Position numbers and translations under genes: made by a program. Positions 1 to 9,178 of a DNA stretch of 35,891 bases are shown here, one piece after another. Position 1 is the first letter of the stretch, and each line of letters begins with the position of its first letter. The DNA comes from a virus (taxonomy: Duplodnaviria > Caudoviricetes): positions 1-35,891 of the IMG/VR virus record IMGVR_UViG_3300020360_000007. The stretch is one strand, 5' to 3'. Under the pieces are notes generated by a model. That model saw only the letters and a program-made list of their open reading frames with translations. It did not search any database and was not told the origin of the DNA.

Positions 1-3000
1 CTTGGTGTTACTAAATTTGGACAACCTACAAGACATGGTGATTCTGTAAAGGCTAACTTTGGTGCTTCTAATGACCTGCAAATTTCTCATGATGGTACAG
101 ACAATGTAATTCGTTCTACTGGCGGAAATATTATTCTTCGTCAAAGTGTAGATGATGCTGATATTATATTTGAGTCAGATGACGGAAGTGGTGGCCAAAC
201 AGCATATTTTAAAATTAATGGAAGCGCAGAAGTAAATCAATCTTTTAAAGATTTAAAACTTGGCGATAATGTTCGACATTTAATAGGTACAAGTGAAGAT
301 TTAAAAATCTATCATGATGGTTCAGATAGTAGAATACAAGATACAGGAACAGGTAATCTTTTAATTGATGGACAAGATAGAGTAAATATAAGAAGAACCT
401 CTAATGGTAATACTATGGGTTCATTTATAGCTGGTGGTGCAGTTGAACTTTATTATAATGCAGGTAAAAAGTTTGAAACAACTGATGTTGGTATAGATGT
501 CACTGGTGAAGTAAAAGGTGATTCACTAGATATTGATGGTGCAGGTGATATATCAGGTAATTTAGTTATCGGTGGTAATCTTACATTAAGTAGTAATTCA
601 AATCATATTGCTACAAGAGAAATTCTTGCAAGAGACACCAATGGTTTATCATTCAAAACAAGTGGTGGTGGAACTACAATGTTTTATACCAATGCTGGTG
701 ATGTCACTGTAGCAAACAATCTAACTGTAAGTGGTAATCTTACAGTCGACGGAACTACAACAACTCTAAATACAGCTACATTAGATGTAGAAGATAAAAA
801 TATAACTTTAAATAAAGGTTCAGGAGATACATCAGGCTCAGCTAATGGTGCAGGTATTACAATTCAAGATGCAGTTGATGCTTCAAATGATGCTACATTA
901 CTATGGGATGCTAGTGATGATGAGTTTGATTTTTCACATGCAATCACAGCACCTGGCGCAACAATTGCTTCATTAACATATCCATCAAGTGATGGTTCAA
1001 GTGGACAAGCTTTAGTCACAGATGGTTCTGGTAATCTATCATTTAGTTCTATATCAGCTGGTGGAAACGCATTTGGAACAATTGCAGTAAGTGGACAATC
1101 AAACGTAGCAGCAGATTCTAATAGTGATACACTAACTTTAGTTGCTGGTTCAAATATTACACTTACAACTGATGCATCAGCAGATTCAGTCACTATTGCC
1201 GCAGCAGGTGGTTCAACAATAACAGTTCAAGAAGAAGGTTCATCATTATCTACTGCAGCTACTACTTTAAACTTTGTTGGTTCAGGCGTTACGGCATCTG
1301 GTTCAGGTGCAACAAAAACAATTACTGTATCTGGTGGAGAAATTACTGTACAGGATGAAGGTTCAGCATTATCTACTGCAGCACAAACATTAAACTTTGT
1401 CGGTGCTGGTGTCACAGCAACTGGCTCAGGTGCTACAAAAACTGTCACTATTCCAGGCGGTGGTGGAGAAGTATTTAAAACAATTTCTGTTTCTGGACAA
1501 AGCGACGTTGTAGCAGATTCAGCAACAGATACACTTACTTTAGCTGCTGGAACTGGTATGACCATAACTACAAGTGCTGGTACAGATACAATAACATTTG
1601 CTTCAAGTGGTGGAAGTCAAAGTGGTATACTTACACAATTTTTATTTGCACCAAGTAGTTCCACAACAACATTTACTGGAAATGATGCAAATAGTAATAC
1701 CTTATCTTATACAGTTGGTGCAATAGATGTATTTTTAAATGGTGTTAAATTAAGACCAACTACAGACTTTACAGCTACTACTGGGTCATCAGTTGTATTA
1801 GTAAATGCAGCAAGCAGTGGTGATATATTACAAATTAATGCATACACTCAAGTCTTAGGATTTGGTGATTCAAACTTAAGTGAATTAACTGGTGATGGTA
1901 CAACTACAGCATTTACAATAGCAGCAAATCCAAATCATGAAAATAATACACAAGTTTATATTGATGGTGTATATCAAGAAAAAGGTACTTACTCTGTAAG
2001 TGGTACAACATTAACATTTGCTACTGCTCCAGCTAATGGTACTTCAATTGAAGTAGTTATTGGAAGTAGAAACGTAACGGTTGATGATGTAGATGGTTTA
2101 ACAGTTAATGGAGATTTCACAGTTGATACAGATACTTTCTTTGTAGATGCATCACAAAATAATGTTGGTATAGGACTAAACACTCCTACTGCAGCGGCAG
2201 ACTTACATATTAAAACTTCTGTAGATAACAGTTTAACACAAGGATTAATAATTGAAAGAAGTGCAAATACTGATAGAGGTTATATTAATTATCAAGGTGG
2301 TGCTTTTCAATTTAGGTCAACTGTTGGCGACCCAATTGCATTTGGTGAAACAGATGCAGAGCACATGCGAATACAGCCAGACGGCAATGTTGGTATTGGA
2401 ACTTCATCACCTCAAGGTAAACTACACATTGAAGGAGCAGCTGGTGCTTCAGGCGGTGGTATACTATATATTACTGATGCTGATAATGGTAGCACAGCCA
2501 GTGATGCTTTACATATTTCAAAATCTGGTGATACCGCATTTGTTTATAATAGAGAAAGTTCTGGTAATTTACAATTAGGTGCTGGTAATGATGCAACTCA
2601 TTTAGTTATTTTATCTGGCGGAAATGTTGGTATAGGAACTACTACACCCGCAGTTAGTTTAGATGTTGGTTCATTAACAGATGCAATCAGAGTTCCAAAT
2701 GGTACAACAGCTCAAAGACCAACGGCAGCTTTAGGTCAATTAAGATATAATACAACTACAAGTCAATTTGAAGGATATGCCGCAGGTGCATGGGGAGCAA
2801 TTGGTGGAGGTGGTGATGCCTTTGGAACTATAGCAGTTTCAGGACAAAGTAATGTAGTTGCAGACCAAGAAAACGATACACTTACATTAGTTGCTGGTAC
2901 AGGTATGACCATTACAACTGCAGCTGGGTCAGATACAATTACTCTTTCAAGTAGCACATCAGTTAGTCCATTCACAACAGATTTATTCACAACATCAAAT

Positions 3001-3768
3001 GCAAGTACTACAGCATTTACTTTAAGTGTCACACCACAAAGTGAAGATAATTTAATTGTATTTTTAGAAGGTGCATATCAAAATAAAAATTCATATTCAT
3101 TAAGTGGTACAACATTAACTTTAGATAGTGCTCCTGCAAGTGGAGCTGAAGTTGTTGTACATATAATACAAAATGGTATTGTAGGAGCTGGTCATACAGT
3201 TGATGAATTTACTGGTGATGGAACTGATACTACATTTACTTTATCTGTAGCACCAATGAATGAGAATAATACATTTGTATATTTAGATGGTGTATATCAA
3301 GAGAAAAGTGTATATTCAGTAAGTGGTACAACATTAACATTTGCTACTGCTCCTGTAAATGGACATAGTATAGAAGTTGTCATACCACAAGTTGCGCAAG
3401 TAAATCAACCAGCTGTTGCGTCAATTGATAATGTTAATATGTTTAGTGGCTTACAAGCTTCAGAGATAACGTCAACAACAATGACAACTACAAGTGCTAC
3501 AACTATTGCAACACATGCAGCTGCAACATATAGAACAGTAAAATATTTAGTTCAACTAACACAAGGAACTGATTACCATTCAACTGAAATTAATTTAATT
3601 CATGATGGTTCTACAGTTTACATAACAGAGTATGGTACTTTATTTGATAATGCTGTACTTGGTACATTAAGTGCTACAATTTCAAGTGGTAATATATTAT
3701 TACAATTAACACCTGGAAGTAATAGTAGTTTGACAGCTAGGGTTGTTTCAACAGCCATTCCTGTATAA
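1..3768 (+). CDS. Large modular virion structural / tail-fibre hub protein, 5'-truncated by the window
   Basis: Frame 1 is open from base 1 (LGVTKFGQPTRHGDSVKANFG...) into the listed ORF 415..3768. G/S/T-rich. Repeated modules: FGTIAVSGQSNV.AD...DTLTL.AG x3, ITVQ.EGS.LSTAA.TLNFVG x2, GDGT.T.FT...VY.DGVYQEK..YSVSGTTLTFATAP-type x3 plus one variant, GNVGIGT.P. The C-terminal TYRTVKYLVQLTQG...LIHDG...ITEYG domain is of a kind seen in virion proteins of aquatic T4-like phages. Confidence 0.8.
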   Translation, partial: LGVTKFGQPTRHGDSVKANFGASNDLQISHDGTDNVIRSTGGNIILRQSVDDADIIFESDDGSGGQTAYFKINGSAEVNQSFKDLKLGDNVRHLIGTSEDLKIYHDGSDSRIQDTGTGNLLIDGQDRVNIRRTSNGNTMGSFIAGGAVELYYNAGKKFETTDVGIDVTGEVKGDSLDIDGAGDISGNLVIGGNLTLSSNSNHIATREILARDTNGLSFKTSGGGTTMFYTNAGDVTVANNLTVSGNLTVDGTTTTLNTATLDVEDKNITLNKGSGDTSGSANGAGITIQDAVDASNDATLLWDASDDEFDFSHAITAPGATIASLTYPSSDGSSGQALVTDGSGNLSFSSISAGGNAFGTIAVSGQSNVAADSNSDTLTLVAGSNITLTTDASADSVTIAAAGGSTITVQEEGSSLSTAATTLNFVGSGVTASGSGATKTITVSGGEITVQDEGSALSTAAQTLNFVGAGVTATGSGATKTVTIPGGGGEVFKTISVSGQSDVVADSATDTLTLAAGTGMTITTSAGTDTITFASSGGSQSGILTQFLFAPSSSTTTFTGNDANSNTLSYTVGAIDVFLNGVKLRPTTDFTATTGSSVVLVNAASSGDILQINAYTQVLGFGDSNLSELTGDGTTTAFTIAANPNHENNTQVYIDGVYQEKGTYSVSGTTLTFATAPANGTSIEVVIGSRNVTVDDVDGLTVNGDFTVDTDTFFVDASQNNVGIGLNTPTAAADLHIKTSVDNSLTQGLIIERSANTDRGYINYQGGAFQFRSTVGDPIAFGETDAEHMRIQPDGNVGIGTSSPQGKLHIEGAAGASGGGILYITDADNGSTASDALHISKSGDTAFVYNRESSGNLQLGAGNDATHLVILSGGNVGIGTTTPAVSLDVGSLTDAIRVPNGTTAQRPTAALGQLRYNTTTSQFEGYAAGAWGAIGGGGDAFGTIAVSGQSNVVADQENDTLTLVAGTGMTITTAAGSDTITLSSSTSVSPFTTDLFTTSNASTTAFTLSVTPQSEDNLIVFLEGAYQNKNSYSLSGTTLTLDSAPASGAEVVVHIIQNGIVGAGHTVDEFTGDGTDTTFTLSVAPMNENNTFVYLDGVYQEKSVYSVSGTTLTFATAPVNGHSIEVVIPQVAQVNQPAVASIDNVNMFSGLQASEITSTTMTTTSATTIATHAAATYRTVKYLVQLTQGTDYHSTEINLIHDGSTVYITEYGTLFDNAVLGTLSATISSGNILLQLTPGSNSSLTARVVSTAIPV
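1996..2030 (+). repeat. 35-bp exact direct repeat (second copy 3319..3353) within duplicated domains of the first ORF
   Basis: GTAAGTGGTACAACATTAACATTTGCTACTGCTCC is read at both positions. Confidence 0.9.
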
Positions 3769-3771
3769 ATA
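3764..3771 (+). promoter_or_regulatory. T4-type late promoter (gp55-dependent)
   Basis: TATAAATA overlapping the stop codon of the first ORF, 28 nt before the ATG at 3800. Confidence 0.8.
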
Positions 3772-3799
3772 GTATAAACGTTGGAGAGTGAAAACGTAA

Positions 3800-6562
3800 A
3801 TGGCAAATAAAAATTTCGAAGTAAAACATGGTTTAAGTGTAGGTGGTACAGAACGTATCACGTCTGCAGGCGCGGGCTCGTTTACAGACTTAACATTAAG
3901 TGGTGACTTAAATATAACTGGTGATGTTAATAGTGTTTCAGTCACAGACTTAGATGTCACAGATAAAACAATCACATTAGGTAAAGGACAAACCGAATCC
4001 AACTCAGGAAGTTCCGGTATAATTATAGATGGTTCAAATGCCTCAATGTTATGGGATGAATCAAATGGAGAATTTGATTTTAATAATCCATTATCAATTG
4101 TAAATTCTATTGGCGGAGATACAGTATTAAATTTAACAGGTTCATACGGTTCGGGTAATAATGTTGCTCTTTTAGGATTTGCAAGAAGTGGTGGCGCAGT
4201 ATCAGGAGATATTAGATATGTTGATGCGACTACTGATATGGAAATTGGTACAGGAACTGCTCATGCATTCTCACTAAAAACCAGTGGTACTAGGAGAATG
4301 TTTATTAGTAGTTCTGGAGATGTTGGTATAGGAACTGCAACTCCTGCTTCTTTATTATCTTTGCAAGGAGATGCAGAGTTATTAAGGCTTGATGGAACTG
4401 CAAACACAACTAGAACAATATTTTTTAGAAATACAACTGCTGCAAATCCTGCACAAATACATTCTGATGGCTCTTTAAAACTGCGTGCAGAAGATTCAGG
4501 AACTCACATGGAATTTCATACTGTTAATACAGAAAGAATGCGTATAGATTCTTCAGGGCGAGTTGGAATTGGAACTTCAAGTCCTTCAGCACCATTGCAT
4601 GTTGTGGGTAACTCTTACGTTCAAAGTGGTACTTTATTTACTGATGCAATTACAGCTTATTCAGGTTCAAGCATAAGTATTAATGCAGGAAGCTCACATT
4701 TAGCTGCAACTGTAAATGGTTCAGAAAGGATGCGTATTGATTCTTCAGGTAATCTTGGTATAGGAACAACTTCTCCTACAGAAAAACTACACGTAGAAGG
4801 TTCGGTAGTTATTGACGCTTTCAGTGGGGGTGGTGAAACGGGTATATTTTTTAGAGAAGGATTTTCAAGTTCAAATAAGTACAATCACTCTATTTTAGCA
4901 TATGACCATGATGGTAGTTCAGCTGATGGTATATCAATAAATGCTTATGATGGTGTTTCATTCTGTACTGGGTCTAACAGCAGACAAGAAAGAATGCGTA
5001 TTGATTCTTCAGGGAATGTATTAATAGGCACAACTTCTTCGCCTTTTCCTAATGGCACTGGTTTAGCAGTCAATAGTTCAGGAACAATATCTAGATTAAT
5101 ATTACAAAATTCTTCAACAGGAACAGGCACAACAGATGGTATGAGAATTGGTGCTATTGGAACTAATTTAGAAATAGAAAATGTTGAAAATGGAAACATT
5201 GAATTTTATAACAATGGTTCAGAAAGAATGCGTATTGATTCTGGCGGTGATTTATTAGTTGGTAGTTCTACAAACTTAGATGTTTTAACTAGTTCACCAA
5301 AAATACAAGTTGGTAGTGGTTCAGGACATTCATCAATGCAATTTTATTCTGGTACTGGAAGTGTAGGAGCTTTATACTTTGGTGATGGTACATCAGGCAC
5401 TGACCGTTATCCAGGTTATATAGAATATAGACACAATAATAATACCATGGCATTTAGAGTAAATGGTACAGACCATGTTGTTTTTCTATCTAATGGACAA
5501 ATATCATGTAAAAATATTACAGCTACTGATAGTGCTGGTAATGTTTCAATAGGTTATGGAGCACTTAATGTTGTACAAGCAAATAGTGGTGATGCAAACG
5601 TTGCAGTAGGATATGAGGCATTGGAAGACATAACAACTGGTAGTAATAATACTGGTCTTGGTTATAGAGCTGGTATGAATGTTTTAAATGGTAATTATAA
5701 TGTTGCTTTAGGTACTTTTTCAATGTACACAAATACAAGTGGTAGTAGAAATACTGCTTTAGGATATCAAGCTTTGTATAGTGCTAGTGGTAATGACCAC
5801 AATACAGCAGTTGGAAACCGTGCATTAGTGACTGCAGGAAATAATGGAAGTTGTACAGCTGTAGGAAGTATGGCATTACAAGCTTGTGCTGATAATGGAC
5901 ATAATAATACTGCTATTGGTGTAAGAGCTTCATTAAGTACAACTTCAGGACAATATAATACATCACTTGGTGTTGATGCATTAGAGGATAATGCAACCGG
6001 ACAATATAATACTGCATGTGGTTCAAACGCTTTAGGTAATGTGACAGGGTCAAATAACTCAGCCCTTGGTTATTCTGCTGGTAAAGCAGGTTCTCCTGGT
6101 GGTCAATTAGTTGGTGTAAGTAATAGAATTGTTTTAGGTAATGGAGATATTACTCATTTATATTGTGAAACAAGTTCTATTAGTACATCAGACGAAAGAG
6201 ATAAAACTGATTTTACAGATTTAAATATAGGTTTAGATTTTGTAAAATCTTTAAAACCATATACATTTAGATGGGATAAAAGACATAAGTATGTAGATTG
6301 GGATTTAAATCCAGATACAGATTTAAATAGTATTACAAATGATGGTACACATAAAGATGCACAATTAGATTTAGGATTTAAAGCACAAGAAGTTGAAGCT
6401 TTAGAAGTAGCTGCTGGATATAAGAAAGAAGATGAAACAAACTTAGTAATTGATTTAACAAATGATGGAACAAAATATGGTATTAAATACGAAAAACTTG
6501 TACCAATATTAGTTAAAGCAATACAAGAATTAGAAGCAAGAGTAAAGGAATTAGAGGGATAA
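3800..6562 (+). CDS. Tail fibre / receptor-binding protein with YadA-head-like beta-roll and C-terminal S74 intramolecular chaperone
   Basis: ERMRIDSSG..GIGT.SP repeats; about 11 N-[TV]-[AS]-[LVI]-G repeats at roughly 14-aa period (~5540-6080); cleavage motif TS|DERDK at ~6190; LGFKAQEV; KYEKLVPILVKAIQEL coiled-coil end. Confidence 0.85.
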   Translation: MANKNFEVKHGLSVGGTERITSAGAGSFTDLTLSGDLNITGDVNSVSVTDLDVTDKTITLGKGQTESNSGSSGIIIDGSNASMLWDESNGEFDFNNPLSIVNSIGGDTVLNLTGSYGSGNNVALLGFARSGGAVSGDIRYVDATTDMEIGTGTAHAFSLKTSGTRRMFISSSGDVGIGTATPASLLSLQGDAELLRLDGTANTTRTIFFRNTTAANPAQIHSDGSLKLRAEDSGTHMEFHTVNTERMRIDSSGRVGIGTSSPSAPLHVVGNSYVQSGTLFTDAITAYSGSSISINAGSSHLAATVNGSERMRIDSSGNLGIGTTSPTEKLHVEGSVVIDAFSGGGETGIFFREGFSSSNKYNHSILAYDHDGSSADGISINAYDGVSFCTGSNSRQERMRIDSSGNVLIGTTSSPFPNGTGLAVNSSGTISRLILQNSSTGTGTTDGMRIGAIGTNLEIENVENGNIEFYNNGSERMRIDSGGDLLVGSSTNLDVLTSSPKIQVGSGSGHSSMQFYSGTGSVGALYFGDGTSGTDRYPGYIEYRHNNNTMAFRVNGTDHVVFLSNGQISCKNITATDSAGNVSIGYGALNVVQANSGDANVAVGYEALEDITTGSNNTGLGYRAGMNVLNGNYNVALGTFSMYTNTSGSRNTALGYQALYSASGNDHNTAVGNRALVTAGNNGSCTAVGSMALQACADNGHNNTAIGVRASLSTTSGQYNTSLGVDALEDNATGQYNTACGSNALGNVTGSNNSALGYSAGKAGSPGGQLVGVSNRIVLGNGDITHLYCETSSISTSDERDKTDFTDLNIGLDFVKSLKPYTFRWDKRHKYVDWDLNPDTDLNSITNDGTHKDAQLDLGFKAQEVEALEVAAGYKKEDETNLVIDLTNDGTKYGIKYEKLVPILVKAIQELEARVKELEG

Positions 6563-6563
6563 T

Positions 6564-9170
6564 ATGGTCACAAAGGTAAAATTATTAGATAGTGCTGTTG
6601 CAATACCAAGTGCAGCAACTGCTACTACTCAAAGCGCTTCAGATAATAGTACTAAATTAGCTACAACTGCTTATGTCACTACGGCATTAGCAAATTTATC
6701 AGATTCAGCTCCTTCAACTTTAAATACACTTAATGAATTAGCTGCGGCTCTTGGTGATGATGCAAACTTTAGCACAACTGTCACAAATAGTATAGCAGCT
6801 AAATTACCTTTAGCAGGTGGTAGTTTAACAGGTGCTCTGGATATTACAGCTGCTGGAACTCACTTAAAATTTAAGAGAAGTAGTTTTGATGATTTTCTAT
6901 TAGGTACAGGTACAGCAAATAGTCAAAACGGTTTACATATAACAAATTCAACAGATAGTGCTACCATGATTTCTATACATGAAAATGCACCTGCATCAGC
7001 CTTTGTAATGGATAACTCTGGAAATATTGGTATAGGAACAGCTAGTCCAGCTGTAGCTTTAGATATAGCTGGTAGTTCTACGACACAAATGCGTATTCAG
7101 ATGTCAGGTCAAGCAGATACAAGAGTTTTATCTGATACAGGAACAGGTATTGTAGGAACATATAGTAATCATCCTTTAACTATTAAAACAAATGGTTCTA
7201 CAGCAGCAACCATAGACACTTCAGGTAGATTACTAGCAGGAACTACATCTGTAGGAGCTAGGTCAGCGCATACACTTGCAAGGACTGGAGCATTTGCTGC
7301 TGAAATTTTACAACAACAAACATCAGCTGGAGCTTCAGTTTTAGGTCTTACATATGATGGAGCAGCACCAAACAATACTACTGATTATTTTGTATATGCA
7401 AGAGATACAGCAGGTATAAAACATTTAGTAAGAGCAAATGGTGAAGGCTTTTTTGCTGGTAGTGTAGGTATAGGAACTGCAAGTCCAACTTATACATTAG
7501 ATGTTGCAGGTGATATGGGTATTAATGAATATATTTATCATAATGATGATACTAATACTTATATGAGATTTACAGACGATGCTTGGTTAGTAAGAGCTGG
7601 TGGTGATGATAGAATTTATGTTGATGGTACTAACGGGCGTGTTGGTATAGGCACAAACTCGCCTGGTACTGAATTACATGTAAACTCAGGTTCTTCAAAT
7701 AATAATACTAGATTTGAAAGTACAGATACAGAAGTAAGATTACAGTTAAAAGATACTACTGGTGTAGCATATATTGGAGCAAGAAATGATATAAGATTTG
7801 GTAATGACACGACAACAGAAAGAATGCGTCTTGATTCAAATGGAAAATTAGGTATAGGTGTCACCAGTGTTAATGCTCTTTTACACTTAAATGGTGATGG
7901 TGATGCAATAAGAGTCGAATCAACTAACTCAGGAGCTGGTGGAGCTCAGGTGGACTTACTACATTATAGTCCAAGTCCAGCAGATGAAGATGTAAATGGT
8001 GTAATTAACTTTGGTGGTTATTATTCAGGTACTAATTCAGCTTATGCTGCATCAATTAAAAGTGTTTGGTCTGATGTAAGTGCTAAAGAAGGAAGATTAG
8101 AATTCTATACTAGAGACGATAGTACTTTTGCTCATCACATGCAAATTAACCATCATGGTGGAATTGCAATGGGTGCTGATAATGCTGGATACGATGGTCA
8201 AGTACTTTCAATTAAAGCTGGTACAGGTGATAATGTATTATATGGAGAAAGTACTGATGCTAATTGTATAGTTTCTTTAAGAGATAACTCAAGTACAATG
8301 AATATTGGATATGGAGCTACAGGAAACGCTCATATATTTTCACAAGATGGTTCTGAGATAGCTAGAATTAGTACAGGTTCAGCTGATAAATATTCTTATA
8401 GTGGTGCAGGACTAGGTGGTAGTGGTACTAACTTAGTTTTAGCGGGTGATGATTCTGAAATAAAAATGGCCAATAATTTTATTCACTCAGATAATAGTGG
8501 TTTGACACAAATGACAATTAGATGTGGTTATGGAGTTGCAAGCACAGGTGCAGAATTATCATTAGACGCTGGGCGTATCACATTTAATACTGGTTCATCA
8601 TTTTCAGAAAAAATGCGTATTGATTCAAGTGGCTATTTAATGTACGGCACTACATCAGCATCATCATTAGTGACATTTCAAGGAACTACTACTAGTGATA
8701 TTATGACTATCTTAACAGGTAGTAGTGGAAATAATAATGTAGGAGCTATAGTTTTTAGAGATGGTAGTGCTGATTATTGTGGACAAATTACTTGTAATGG
8801 AAGTACAAATTCTGTTTCTTATGTATCTTCATCAGATTATAGATTAAAAGAAAATGTAGATTATACTTGGGAAGCTATCACTAGATTAAATCAACTTAAA
8901 CCAGTTAGATTTAATTGGATTAGTGATGATACTAATACATTGGTTGATGGGTTCTTGGCTCATGAAGTATCAGACATAGTACCAGAAGCAGTAGTAGGAG
9001 AAAAAGATGAAATTGAAACTTATACAGATGATGAAGATAATGAACAAACAAGACCTAAGTATCAAGGCGTAGACCATAGTAAATTAATACCTCTTTTGAC
9101 TAAAGCAATACAAGAACTTAATACAGAAATAAATAATTTAAAAGCTGATATAGAAGCTCTTAAGGGATAA
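6564..9170 (+). CDS. Tail fibre / receptor-binding protein with C-terminal S74 intramolecular chaperone
   Basis: N-terminal DSAPSTLNTLNELAAALGDDANF module (P2 gpH / Mu S-type fibre motif); VGIGT.SP repeats; SS|DYRLKENV at ~8834; GFLAHEV; KLIPLLTKAIQEL. Confidence 0.85.
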   Translation: MVTKVKLLDSAVAIPSAATATTQSASDNSTKLATTAYVTTALANLSDSAPSTLNTLNELAAALGDDANFSTTVTNSIAAKLPLAGGSLTGALDITAAGTHLKFKRSSFDDFLLGTGTANSQNGLHITNSTDSATMISIHENAPASAFVMDNSGNIGIGTASPAVALDIAGSSTTQMRIQMSGQADTRVLSDTGTGIVGTYSNHPLTIKTNGSTAATIDTSGRLLAGTTSVGARSAHTLARTGAFAAEILQQQTSAGASVLGLTYDGAAPNNTTDYFVYARDTAGIKHLVRANGEGFFAGSVGIGTASPTYTLDVAGDMGINEYIYHNDDTNTYMRFTDDAWLVRAGGDDRIYVDGTNGRVGIGTNSPGTELHVNSGSSNNNTRFESTDTEVRLQLKDTTGVAYIGARNDIRFGNDTTTERMRLDSNGKLGIGVTSVNALLHLNGDGDAIRVESTNSGAGGAQVDLLHYSPSPADEDVNGVINFGGYYSGTNSAYAASIKSVWSDVSAKEGRLEFYTRDDSTFAHHMQINHHGGIAMGADNAGYDGQVLSIKAGTGDNVLYGESTDANCIVSLRDNSSTMNIGYGATGNAHIFSQDGSEIARISTGSADKYSYSGAGLGGSGTNLVLAGDDSEIKMANNFIHSDNSGLTQMTIRCGYGVASTGAELSLDAGRITFNTGSSFSEKMRIDSSGYLMYGTTSASSLVTFQGTTTSDIMTILTGSSGNNNVGAIVFRDGSADYCGQITCNGSTNSVSYVSSSDYRLKENVDYTWEAITRLNQLKPVRFNWISDDTNTLVDGFLAHEVSDIVPEAVVGEKDEIETYTDDEDNEQTRPKYQGVDHSKLIPLLTKAIQELNTEINNLKADIEALKG

Positions 9171-9173
9171 ATA
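9166..9173 (+). promoter_or_regulatory. Probable late promoter variant (GATAAATA)
   Basis: 7/8 match to TATAAATA. Bases 9167..9184 (ATAAATAGATATATGGCA) are identical to 30875..30892, the promoter/start of gp3. Confidence 0.55.
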
Positions 9174-9178
9174 GATAT

